Below, piece by piece: positions 50,884-62,903 of a stretch of DNA of 64,000 bases. This DNA is from Oculina patagonica (lineage: Eukaryota), in the NCBI RefSeq assembly GCF_052425735.1, contig NC_135761.1, positions 38,502,001 to 38,566,000 on the forward strand. The letters run 5' to 3'. The notes beneath the pieces are model-generated. The model was not told the origin of the DNA and searched no databases. It worked only from the letters and a program-made list of their open reading frames with translations. Each line of letters begins with the position of its first letter. Position 1 is the first letter of the stretch. Both the position numbers and the translations under genes were made by a program.

Positions 50884-52189
50884 AGCTTTAGCCATTAACT
50901 GGCTTGTTTTTTTCCTACCACATGTTCCCCAGTTAAGTGTCATATTTGCCTCATAAATCAACATTTTTTTGCAGCGCTTTTTCCTTCGCTTAGTCACGAC
51001 CCCCTTTGCTACTCTTATGTAAGCTGGTGAAATGTACTCTGTGTGTTATGAGCAGAATAATGGTGAATGTTTGAATGATGAGATATTTTCATAACTTTTT
51101 GTCCAGTTATTAAGTGACCATTTTCGTTTTGATAATACTTCAGGTCAGAATGCAAATCAGAGAAGTGGTACTCATGAAAACAATGATGATAATGCAAATC
51201 AGGGAACAGATACCAGAACAAGAGGGAGATCAGATAATTATTATGGCAATGGTGAGTGTTTGAATGATTTAATATTTTTAAAACTTGTTGTCCAGTTATT
51301 AATAGCCTGATTACATGGCGAATTTCAGCCCATGGTGAAATTTTCTTGCTATTACATGGCGAATTTTGCCCGGGATGAACACGTTTAAAACTGAATAATT
51401 ATCATTGCCGTCATTTTCTTTTATTGAAAACCAGGACTGTGCATCCCTAAGCTCACTTTCAACCCAGATAGATTAAAATTGAAAATGCGATTTCATGAGG
51501 TTTTTTAGCCAATTTGCCTGGGCTGAGATTTTCAGTCTGGTTTTGGAAGCCAGTCTGGAAACCTCATACCATGGTTAATGATGATCTGATAAACAGGGAT
51601 GATGATCTGGTCAGTATCTAGTTTTGCTTAATTTCAAGCACTGCTTGTGGTGCTTTAAGCAAAATCAGAATACAGAGGTGATCATTCTGAGCAATTTTAA
51701 GGCAGCAGAACTGCAAGTTTATTTCTGGGAGCTTTGGCAACACTATTTCATTGACTGTGCAGAAACAAGCATTTTGTGCAAACGAGACCGATGAAAAAAA
51801 AATAAGAGACCATAACAAATCGCTCAATCAGTCAGGAGGAGACCAAACTGATAGAAACATCCATGATGGTGGTTATTTAAGAAGGTAACTACAAGAACTC
51901 AGCGCACAAGCTAATATGAACTATCTTATAAATGAACTTCAGAGACAAAGACAACAGAAAAAAATAAATCAGCAAAAAATTGAGAAATGCAAGGGGTCTT
52001 CTTGGTCATTGTGGTGGAGTGTCCCATAAGTTTCCAAGAAACGTTTGACACCTACGATGGATATCAGTCATTTTCCAACAGTAACAGTTCAAAATAACAG
52101 GCGATGGTGTTGGGAAAAAACAAAGGAGCCGAGCTGGCTTTCAAATGTAACGAGTCCCAAGTTTCCATATCCAAAACAATAGAACTTCT

Positions 52190-53046
52190 TGGTAATTGTG
52201 AAGAACAGCTCCCGCTAACCGACTGTCGGTCAACTGTCGGCCAACAGGTTACCAACAGACTACCGACAGGCCACCGACAGGTTACCGACAGTTTCCCAAA
52301 ACAGAAATTTTACTGTAAAACTGAGCAGTAAACACAGAAGTAAACCCGACACAGAAAGCGATTAAAACAGATAAGACTTATAAACATTGAATTTCATTGT
52401 ACTACGGTACTTACTACAAAACAAATCGTCTCCTCGCCAAGATTTTCTTTTATACAAACTTCAATCTCTTATAAATATATCACCTACGTAACTTTATGTC
52501 CATAAGGCAAGCAATGAAATCACGTTCGAAGATGATTTTATCCAAAAATCAGGCCAAAACAGTGGAAAAACTTCTCCACACACTCTCCACACACGCACTC
52601 ACTGAAGTCGCCCTAGAATCCTTTGCGACCCCTTCCGAGGGGGAATGAGACTAAGTTAACCAATCCAATATGGAGGACAGAAATGGAGTAGCTGTGTTCG
52701 CGTAAGTTCTCCGGTCGATTTCGGCAGCACAGAAGCTAGTTTTAGGCTGTGATGACCGAAACTCAGGAGTATATACCTTTCCTTTCAATTTCTCATAAAT
52801 TTTGGGGTCCGTTACGGAGGAAAAACATAAAGAAACAAAAAGGTTAGTGTTACCGTATAACCGACAACTTACCGACATCTTACCGACACCTTACCGACAC
52901 ATCACCGCCTGTCGGCCGGCTGTCGGCCGACAGTTGGCCGACATCATAGCCAAAACCTGTCGGCAGGTTGTCGGCCGACAGACGACCGACAGCCGGCCGA
53001 CAAACGGCCAACAGACGGCCGACAGACGGACGACAAACGGCCGGCC
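52190..53046. mobile_element. Truncated foldback/MITE with CCGAC/GTCGG repeat arrays
   Basis: Starts ggtaattgtgaagaacagctccc. CCGAC arrays at 52218-52292 and 52860-53045. Confidence 0.6.
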
Positions 53047-53072
53047 ATGTCTATGGCATAGATTTTTCTGCC

Positions 53073-54720
53073 GCTGAGAAGTTTACACATGAAGTTGAAG
53101 ACTGCCAACAAAAGGAGATATTGGCAATTAAGAATTTGACAAATCCATAAATATCAGACTTCTTTAGTTATTACTGCAGCATTGACGCAGGGGAGGACCC
53201 AAGTACTACCAACTTAAGGGAGGTGGTTAAAGCACTGGACTTGAAATCCGGAGGTCGCGGGTTCAAGTCCCGTTCTGACCTCTAGCTGGTGTTGTTTTTG
53301 GTAGCCCCGAATTCAACTCCTCGGCTACGCTTGTTAATAGCCACCTAGTCTGCCTCCTGCCAGTTGGGATTCTTAATCATGTTTCGTTCACTTACAATAT
53401 TTGTTTCAGAGTTAGTTTACATTGGCCCTGAAAGGCCCCATTCGGGGAGTGGTCAATTACATGCATAATTTTTTTTAACTGGCCTTTTGAATTGTTACCA
53501 CCATCCTGTTGTGGCATTCTTGCAGACCAGAAGCTATACAGTAAAATAAAGGAATACTGTCAATTACTTTGTGAACAGAAGCTTCAGTTTGTGAATGCAA
53601 GAATAGATAAGTTCGCTCGCTGTTCCATCAATGGCAGCATACATGTATTTTTAAATCGAGTTGACCATACCAGCAACATTATGGCATTTGGGGGGATAGA
53701 AAGTCATGCTAAGTTTTATGGATCTGTTTGTTTTTATTTTATAGTGCGGGTGCTGCTGCAACACTGGACCAAAATTTCAAATGAAAGAAACATGTTTGGC
53801 TTATATTAATTGGTTTCGCTTCTCTAATAAAGATCACACAAACCACAAATTGTCTGGGCTGCCTTTGGTTATCTCCAGTAGATACTAGTTAGGGGTCAGA
53901 CGGCTTGTGTGTAGAGTTGCATTGGCACCTTTTGGTAAAAGCATGCTTTTGGTTAATGATCTTCCACTTTAGTGGCAAACAGGAACTTCTTTCTCGTGTT
54001 TTTACATGAAAAAAGACGTTAATAACGCCCTCATACAACCAGTTTCATTATTGTAGCAATGTCTGGCACCAGTTCAGGGCACATAGTAGAGAGAAAATTG
54101 AACAGCTGAGAAGTTTACATGTGAAGTTGAAGACCGCCAACAAAAGCAGATAGTGGCAATTAAGACTTTGACAAATCCAAAAATATCAGACTTCTTAAGT
54201 TATTACTGCAGGATTGATGCAGGTGAGGACCCAAGTACTACCAACTGGCCTTTTGAATTGTTACCACCATCCTGTTGTGGCATTCTCGCAGACCAGAAGC
54301 TGTACAGCGAAATAAAGGACTACTGTCAATTACTTTGTGAAGAGAAGCTTCAGTTTGTGAATGCAAGAATAGATAAGTTCGCTTCCTGTTCCATCAATGG
54401 CAGCAGGTTAAATAAATGGAATTTACCGTTCCAGCGACATTATGGCATTTGGGGGAATAGAAGATTCACCGGGATTTGTTAAGTTTTATGGAACTGTTTG
54501 TTTTTATTTTTAAGTGTGGGTGCTGCTGCAATACTGGACCAAAACGTCAAATGAAAGAAACATGTTTGGCCTATATTAATTGGTTTTGCGTCTCTAATAA
54601 AGATCACCCAAACCACAAATTGTCTGGGCTGCCTTTGGTTATCTCCAGTAGATACAAGACGGGCCACTTGTTAGGAGTCAGACAGCTTGTGTGTATAGTT
54701 GCATTGGCACCTTTTTGGGG
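53073..54720 (+). repeat. Direct duplication of ~620 bp (53073-53935 including a SINE; 54104-54716) with decayed coding potential
   Basis: gctgagaagtttaca...gttgcattggcaccttt occurs twice. Both encode LPPSCCGILADQKLY...ARIDKFA.CSING. Confidence 0.88.
53215..53476 (+). mobile_element. tRNA-derived SINE
   Basis: A/B-box-like head gtggttaaagcactggacttgaaatccggaggtcgcgggttcaagtccc. TSD aact. Absent from the paralogous copy at ~54243. Confidence 0.88.
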
Positions 54721-56569
54721 GAGAGGCATGTGACAAGCAATGGCGTCGGATGCTTAGATTTTTACTCCGGCAAGGAGAAATGAAGAAATTAGTCATCTGG
54801 ACTTCAGACGACCGTTTTTGCTGAAAGTCTGCCACCAAAAGGATGTGTTATCAAAGAAGCTACCAAGAAAGTGAGCAAAGGCACCGTGAGGAAAACCGGA
54901 AACTAAGAGAAGAGCCAGATCCTTACAGAGAGAGTCTTTTAAAGCTACGTCACTGAAGAAACGCAAGGTGGAGGAAAATTATGGCGAGGATTCCAGTGAG
55001 ACTGATGATGAAGAGTCGGTACCATATGCAGACAGTTCTTCATCTGAGGATGTCAATACCGCTAAACCCACTGTTAAGCAAAATGAACGCCACCGCCACT
55101 GTTGTTAATTTGTATTCCTTTACAAAACAACTCATCTCTCTCACACGGACATGAGTACTTGCCCAAAGCAACATTTAAAAAATACAATTTAAATGACATC
55201 CTTACATTAATCTTTTGAATACCAGGTGAGTTACAACATATTTACAAGATACCGGTACCTTGCAAACTAACAAAGGTTACTTTACTGTTTCACTTTGTGC
55301 ATTTTACATATTCTATAGTGTTGAGTTACTTTTAAACAACTTATAAGAACTGACCTACTGAATTTTGTTTTTCAACTGTTAATTCTAAGAACAATAATAA
55401 ATTATTGTAACAATCCACTCTATATGAGTTCATCAATAAAAAAGTTGTTTCGTTAGCAGGTGGTAGTCTTATTCTTCTTTTTCCACTCTTTGAATGCCAT
55501 TTTTTATGCCCCTAGATAAACCGCCCCCAATATGATGCCCCTTGGATTTTAACATGCAGATAACTTACTTGTATTCTAAAACCTATCCTATGACAAATTT
55601 TAAGAACGAGACATATACTGCCAGCTTTCCTTGCCTAAATTGTTCTCTTGCATAAATATATTGTCTTCTTTATTGTAGGGGGGAGGAGAGGGGGCAGGTG
55701 TATTTTGTCTTAAAGGCATAATGCCAAAACATGTTGCCTCTTGCATAGATTTATTATCTCCTATCTGATGTCAAAGGCATACTGCTCTTTTAAGTAATCT
55801 TGCACTCACAATTTTTTAATAAATTCCTTCCATCTCCCTACAAAACTACAGCATCCACAAGCAGTTTTCGGCTGCCTGTTATATTTTTTGTTTTCTTTGT
55901 ATCTTCTTAGTGTGAAATATGTTTATACCTTTTTGCTACTTGTCCCAGGAAGGGCAATGTCAATTGGGGCTTTGCCCTGTTTCTGTCCCTTTTGCACGGT
56001 TTTTTGTTTCTTCTTTTTTTCTTGCTTTTAAATGTTAATTTGTAAGACAAAGAAAATAAACTAAAGAAGTAATGAGTAACTATGATTGTAGAAGCAAGGT
56101 TAACTCTGAGAATGTTGTTCACGTTATTGAAGAAATAGCCCCCCTCCCCAAAAAAACTTAGTGACACCTTGTGCCGTGCTGCTGCAAAATAATACGTTCT
56201 TCCATAATTCAACTTTTTTTGCCACAAACTGTGACTTAAGCAGACTATGGCGACTCATCGACCTGCTGCCTAAGAGGTCAACTAATAGTCGCCAACTTTT
56301 TAACAGGAGAATTAGGCCATAGTTTTAATTACACCATATAAATCGCTTTTAATAGTTTAAATAGATTTTAATGTAGTTATTAATATAGTTTTAAAATCTT
56401 CCAAGATATATATAAAGTTTTAAAATTGTGACAACAGTACACGTTCAAGTGTCATGGTTTTTAATTAACAATTCTTCTTCTTCTTCTTCTAGCCCACAAG
56501 GAGCTACTCCAGAAGCCGCAATATATTGGAGACTGCTGGCAGGATATAGTTTGCACCTGCCATCATTAT

Positions 56570-56765
56570 CAAATTTTGTAAGGTTTATCAGTGGGTCTGA
56601 GTTACATGTACATTTTAACGACTTTGTTGGCTTGGGCCGCCGACCAATTGCCTATACCTGTAATATTGTGTCGAAGCTATTCTCTATTTATCTATCGTTT
56701 CTTGAACTTAGGGAGGAGTTTAGTGCAATGCTTGCATCAGATTACTGGGAAGTGGACATAGGCTG
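56570..56765 (+). pseudogene. HECT-like C-terminal fragment
   Basis: FVRFISGS...RRPIAYTC...YLSFLELREEFSAML...WEVDI resembles the HECT C-lobe P.AHTC motif. Confidence 0.5.
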
Positions 56766-57469
56766 TTTGTCTCAAAGAAGGCCGTTAATGTTACATGTGT
56801 CAGTTCTGTGATAAGTTGTTTTAAAACAGACTAATTATCTCTTTTTATTATAGATTGTGTTTGCTGTTTTCTATTTAACAAATAGATTCCATTTTGCCGT
56901 GCATCTGTTCTGTTATAGATCACAGATGACGTAAAAATGTGGTAAGAACAAAAAAAGTGGCCCAAGAGCCGCTAGGTTATGCTTATTAATTTGAATTTTT
57001 AAGTTTTTGCTTCGCTTGCTGAGTTCAGTGGCAGGACGCCATTGAAGCAATATCAAAAGAGGCATTAAGTGAAGCTAATACAGCTATTATTCATTATTCA
57101 TGTGCAAGCTTTGTTTGTAAGTACAGTCTGTGTGTTTGAACGTTTTATTTTGTTGTTGTTGCGTTTGTTTGCAATTTTGTGCAATTTGCTTTGGGAGAAG
57201 TGGCAGGTCTGCCATCTTGACGTCGGGGCTTGTAAAGTCCACTTAAAACATCTTATGTTTTCTCTAAAATGTTTTGACCGATTGACCCAATATTAGGACG
57301 TTTTATTCCTAACATACGTTGAAATCTTTTAATGATAACAAACCATTTTGGTGGCTTTCAGATTACCCACATGGTTTAAAAGTTGAAAAACTTTATAGTT
57401 AATCCTGATGGCCAACTTCAATTGCAGGGGGAAAAGGTAACAGTAAATCATGTGATACCTGTTGCTAAA

Positions 57470-57950
57470 GGTCAAATGACAAAGTTGAACTGGAAACATA
57501 TCAAATTGACACCTTGAACAAAAATGAGTGTTGGAAGAGCCGTTACTGTTTGCTCCCATGATGTGGCACTTGACATACTTAAGGGTCCATTACCTCCTGA
57601 AAGAACAGTTGGAACCTGCACTTACCTCAAGCAATGCCACAAGTTATTTCAAATTTTTTAACGACAATTCAGAAGTTGACTGATATCTATAATGACATGG
57701 TTTGATAATTGGTATGGAGACGTTAAAGAAAGCAGTTCAAAAGTAACTAGTGGATTGAAGGAGCACTGGAAGAAATTCATTCTGCATATTATGTACAAAG
57801 ATCTTAAAAGCACGACTATGGCTTTTTTAGGTGTTGTACAGTATGTACAAATGAATCACCCAGAATTGCACATCATTTCTAAAACAATGTTTAAAGATGA
57901 TGTAGAAAACTATTTTTCTTTACAACGAGCAAGGGTATCATCAGTTGGTA
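57470..57950 (+). pseudogene. P-element/THAP9-like transposase C-terminal remnant
   Basis: KLNWKHIKLTP*TKMSVGRAV.VCSHDVA...FQIF..., WFDNW, ...DDVENYFSLQR. Confidence 0.75.
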
Positions 57951-60900
57951 AACCAACAACTTCGCATTTTTTATTAATCATCTGCGACTGAATTTCTTCT
58001 TAATTATGAAATGAAAGGCCTGCAAGGGAATTGTGTTTCCTATGATTTAGCATCTCTTGCAAACTTGGTTTCTCTCCCACTTTCAAAACACCAGCGAGTT
58101 TGGTGGCAGTTGACAAGAAGGGCAAACCAGCCCTCTCTCATGGCTGGTGTAATACGCAAGACGAATGGCTCATTTATCGGGACTACCTTACTGATATGAA
58201 AGGCCAGTAGTACCATATCAATTTATGTCCTAAGCAGTTAAGAAAAGATTGTAAGAAACCAATATGTCATTTTTCTAATATTACGCACGCATTGTAGTAT
58301 GGCGATAGAAAGCAAGTTGCCAGACCTCTGAGAGACAACATTTTGCAGTTGAAAATGGCGGAATGCTCTTTGTCGCTTTACAACTTACAACTTAAATACG
58401 TTTACCGAATCGAACTAACAGATGATTTAAGGAATAGAGACCTTAATCTGCCAAGCACCAAGAATGAACTATGCAAAAAGGTATTTTATGCACACAAGCT
58501 TAGGGTGCCAAAATGCATTAGTGCACAAGATGAAGCAAGAATCAAAAAACAATCTTGGAAACAAAAGTTAAATGTAGAAAATAGCCGATTCACCTTACCC
58601 TTCCCGGTTGACTTAAATGAAGGATCGCAGATGGGAAGTTCCACTTTCATACTACGGCCAACAAGGTCACGATGTCATTGTCATTTTAGTTTTGACATTA
58701 CCATTTGCAGCTCTGGCATATCACGTTTCCCAGTTTCTTAAAAATTTAGCAGCAATGAAAAATTTTAATTAACAGGAAGATTAAAAAAAACCGGAATGTT
58801 CCATTGTGGCAGGTATATTTTTAAGAAATGTTATCTTTTGATTGCAAGGGATGGCCTTTGCCACAGCATTCAACAAAGTATTTGCAAGGCAGCCCCACAC
58901 CTGAGAAGGCATCACTGTAGACTTCAGTGATGCAGAACCAAAGGCTTTAGAGAAGCCAAGGAGGAAAAAGCGAAAGGATGTTACAGAGAACAAGTCTAGA
59001 GGCCAATGATCCTCAAGGTCTGCATACAAGCAGAGTTAATATTTCAGTTGTGAAAATGCATTTCCATGCAATTTTTTAAACATGGAATGTACCTCAATTT
59101 AAAAAAAATCATTTTAAGTCTTAAACTTCAACTTCGCAAATGACTGTTTGAAACACTTAATTTCAATGAGTTGAAAACAATGAAAATAATAAGTTAAAAA
59201 AATTAATTGTCATACAATGTAGATGAATACACAGTGGAAATATCGTCAATAACCAAATTTAAGAAGAGCCCAACCGATCCGTTCCACAAAATATCCACTC
59301 TGTAAGTTGAACTTGAGCTGGTTGGCAAATTTAGGAATGAGATTGAGCGCTTGCTGGGACGGCTTTCCCTGAAGAAAACTTGCTGGGATTTTATAAAATA
59401 TCGATTGTACCTGGTGAAAAATCAACCGAAATCTTTTCGCTGGCAAAAAAGATTTTAATAATTGACTAACTTGATATACAAAGTAATTGTTAACTTTATT
59501 TCTATTGTTTTTGTCGCTGTATTCTGCTGTCACTGAAGAGGCAAAACAGATCTGTTTCCTTTTCTGTATGTAATACGAGCATGCAATCGATTTAGAGTCA
59601 GTTGAACAGCTCGCGTGGCCCAAAGCGAATGTGTGGAACGGCTATGTACAGCGTTTTATAGAATAACTACGCACAGGATAATCAGCTTGATCGATATAAT
59701 TCTTGGTGAGTATCGGGGGTCCATTTCCTCTGTCGATTAAGCAGCCTTGAGCAGTTTGAGCGGCGTTTGATGTAAATATCGTGTTCAATCTGTTCAATCT
59801 TTTCAGCTCGCCAGCACAATGGGATGTAAAAATATATGCAAGCAATTCAAGTCCATTCAAGGTCATTCAGGTGGTGTATTACGGTATATTTAAAAAAACT
59901 GCCTCAAATTGTAAGTACAGTGTGAAGGATATTTCCCGTAGCTCTGACTTGTAGGAGACATGAAAACACTTATATAATTTTGTTTCCCCCGTCTGAATGG
60001 AACAAACTGAACCGGAAATTGAAAGACACAATGTTTTCATAGATCTGAAATAGATATTAGCATACAGATTTCTATGGATCGCCGACAAGGAGGAAAATAG
60101 AACTGACCCTCGCTAAAATGTTTAGAAAATTTTACGATAAAAACTGTCCTTTTCGTATCACTGAATTCAATTTCAGGCACACATTTTAGCCATTTCTTCA
60201 AGCAATTGATGTTTCTTGTGATCACAGTGCAACGGCTATTTTTATCCTTTGTGGCACTGACTTCCGTTGCTCCTTTACAAGAGTTCGGGCAATCCTTTGC
60301 GAGCATTAAGGCAATCCTTTGCAAGCATTTGGGCAATCCTTTGCGAGCTATTTTGACCAAAATCGAGATTTTTTCTCGTACTTTTCACTGAATCCATACA
60401 TTTTACCTACCTACGCGGGGACTTCTAAGGTGCCTCCTAGAGGCCGGAACCCTGCGGGGCAATTAAGTATCCGAAGCACGAAATGTCCCCATTATCGGCT
60501 CGTCTATCAGACAGCTTGGGAGATGTTGCATTCGTTGAAAGACCACTTCAAGGATCTTGTTATGCGCCTGTTAGGAGATAAGGACCATTAGAAGGTCCTA
60601 GACATTGTGTGTAAAGTAGAGAATTAAATCGCAAGAAATCTCGGCCGGAGAGGGAGGATAGAGGTGCCCATGTGGCATGTTCCTTGCATCCTTTTAACAT
60701 ACAATGTTATTTTTGTAATAGGCAGGGTCTGATTAGCAGCAGCAAGATTGTCAAGCACTATGTTGTGATACTTAGTTTGATCACTTAAACAACAAAAAGT
60801 CTAACAAAAGCAGCTGCAACTGAGTTGCAAATTTAGTCAACCAGCATCCAATAGGCCAAATCCCCAGTGATGGTTCATATCTTTTAATAATAAGTTGCTG

Positions 60901-60971
60901 TGTAGCACTTTGTTCATGTACTTTGAAATGTTTTTTTTGTTAAAAAAAGTGCTAAAATGTTTTCTCTTTTA

Positions 60972-61007
60972 GCGATACGTTTCGGGAATAACCCCTTCAT
61001 CAGTCAC
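60972..61007 (-). ncRNA. Minimal type-I hammerhead ribozyme (Penelope-associated)
   Basis: Minus strand GUGA-CUGAUGA-A-GGG-GUUAUU-CCC-GAAAC-GUA-UCGC: conserved core, 3-bp stem II, palindromic ACGU stem III, 4-bp stem I. Confidence 0.65.
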
Positions 61008-61269
61008 AATGCATGGTACTTAATTACTTAGTACTTAGTACTTAATTACTTAGTACTTGTCTTATTTTACTTTTGTCTTCTTTTATGTACAACCTTGTCA
61101 AAGCAATTAAATTTTTTTTTTAACTACTCAGCTCGTTTAGTTTATTTCTATTCTGAGTAGTTTTTTCGCCTATTCTAGTTAATTTATATTATGCTGTAAT
61201 TTATCTTCTATTTAATTTGGCAAAATAAATATATGGTTGTTGTTGTTGTTGTTAAACCGTTGAGCGATT

Positions 61270-61423
61270 ATCAAAGGTTGATGTTAAGGGACGGTTTGAC
61301 TGCACTGCGGCTGGCATAGTCCGTGCGATCATGAACAGCAACACGGCAAGAAGACAGCGTGAGGAAAGAAGGCTGATTTTCAGGCTGGGAACACTTGCCC
61401 CAAGAGGCTTGAACGTGGACTTC
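61270..61423 (+). pseudogene. Penelope-like element GIY-YIG endonuclease C-terminal fragment
   Basis: RRQREERRLIFRLGTLAPRGLNVDF matches the typical R..RE...I..L.TL.P.GLN end. Confidence 0.75.
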
Positions 61424-62055
61424 GTGCGCACGACCTTTATATGGCATCTACGTCATATGTCGCGCGTTCATATCTTTTATCGCAATGACATGCTACTTGG
61501 AAGAGCATTGTGTACTGTTCTCGCAAGAACCACCTTACATACCTTATGAGTCCCTGACAGGGTATGCAAATGTTGTCACATTTCATGATTGTCTTGATTG
61601 TGAGCTCACTATGTTGGGTAAATAAGCTAGTTAGTATAAATATAGGAGATCCTGATACGAAAATACACTGATCAATTCATCCACGCAGCTCACACCAGTG
61701 CAGGAAAGGAACTGCAGGCAAGCTTTGGCTCTTATCGAAGAACATGATGATGCCCTGCTTGTGTCCGCTTCCATGAGCGTTAAAAGGGAAGAAGAAGAGA
61801 AGAGTAGACGGCGGAAGATAAGTAACATCAAAAGACTACAGGCGCTTTCGAATAGACTCCATGCACAAATTAAAAAGCTTAAGAGAGAAATTGAGAGAGA
61901 ACTCAAAGAATTAATGTAAAAATTGCATTCTTATTTTTTCATCCTGTAAGGAATTTTTATCTATTTCCCTTTCAATATGTAAAAATATTTTATTAAAATT
62001 TTTTCCTAATTCCATTCTGTAAAATGTTTTAAAAAAGAAGTTGTAAAATTAAATA

Positions 62056-62903
62056 ATATTCTCTCTAGGGGCTCCGCACAAAAAAGGCTTAGAATGCTGA
62101 TTACGTAACCCTAGCATACTATTTTTTGCAGTCTTTTAGGTGTTTCAAATGCTTCTTTTCGCGTTTCTTTGTTTTCGCTTCATCGCTGCGCCACACTTTA
62201 ATCCTCATGGCTGACCAAGTTCCTGTTGTTCCGGTTGATGTCCAACAGTTACAAGACGCTATAGCAGTTCCGCCAGCACAAGCTGGAGCTATGGCTTAAA
62301 AGTCCTTTGCGGATATTTCTTCTTTTAAGCCAGTTTTTCCATAAAGCTTTTTTCTCTGTAAATGCTTAAACTTTGTTCCAGATTAAAGACTTGTTAGCTT
62401 CTGTAAGTTTCTGGCCTATTTTTTAGTTTAGTTTGAGTTTTGAGTACGTTCAGAGTTTGTGGGATCATAGATTTTATATTCATATGGAGTTTCCAGGAGA
62501 CTCTCCGCTGTAAGGCTGAGTCTCCCATATCTTATCTTGTCTAAGGCATTCTTTGCGGACAGCCCCAGAGAGAATATATTACTATTCTCTCTAGGGGCTC
62601 TACACAAAAAAGCCTTAGAACGCTGATTACGTAACCCTAGCATACTGCGTTCAGTCTGTGGCAATCCATCACGTGTCTCATTAGTATGGGCTCTTATATC
62701 AGGCCTTTCCCTTGTCGCGATAGCTCATTCAGTCTTTTCGGTGTTTCGAATGCTTCTTTTCACGTCCCGCCCACCTCCCCGCAGCGACGAACCGGCACTC
62801 CACCAGGAGCTCCCCGCTCCTGACCGCCTTAGGCTGAGTCTCCCATATTTTATCTAGTCTAAGGCATTGTCTGAGGACAGCCCCGGAGAGAATATATTAC
62901 AAT
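62056..62903 (+). mobile_element. Second non-autonomous split-direct-repeat (DIRS/Ngaro-type) element
   Basis: A1 62056-62119 matches A2 62583-62647, and B1 62511-62582 matches B2 62830-62900. It interrupts the 61680-63435 repeat copy. Confidence 0.75.

Noticed and set aside
53220-53275. tRNA gene
   Set aside because: There is no acceptor stem. It continues into a SINE body with a TSD and is absent from the paralogous copy.
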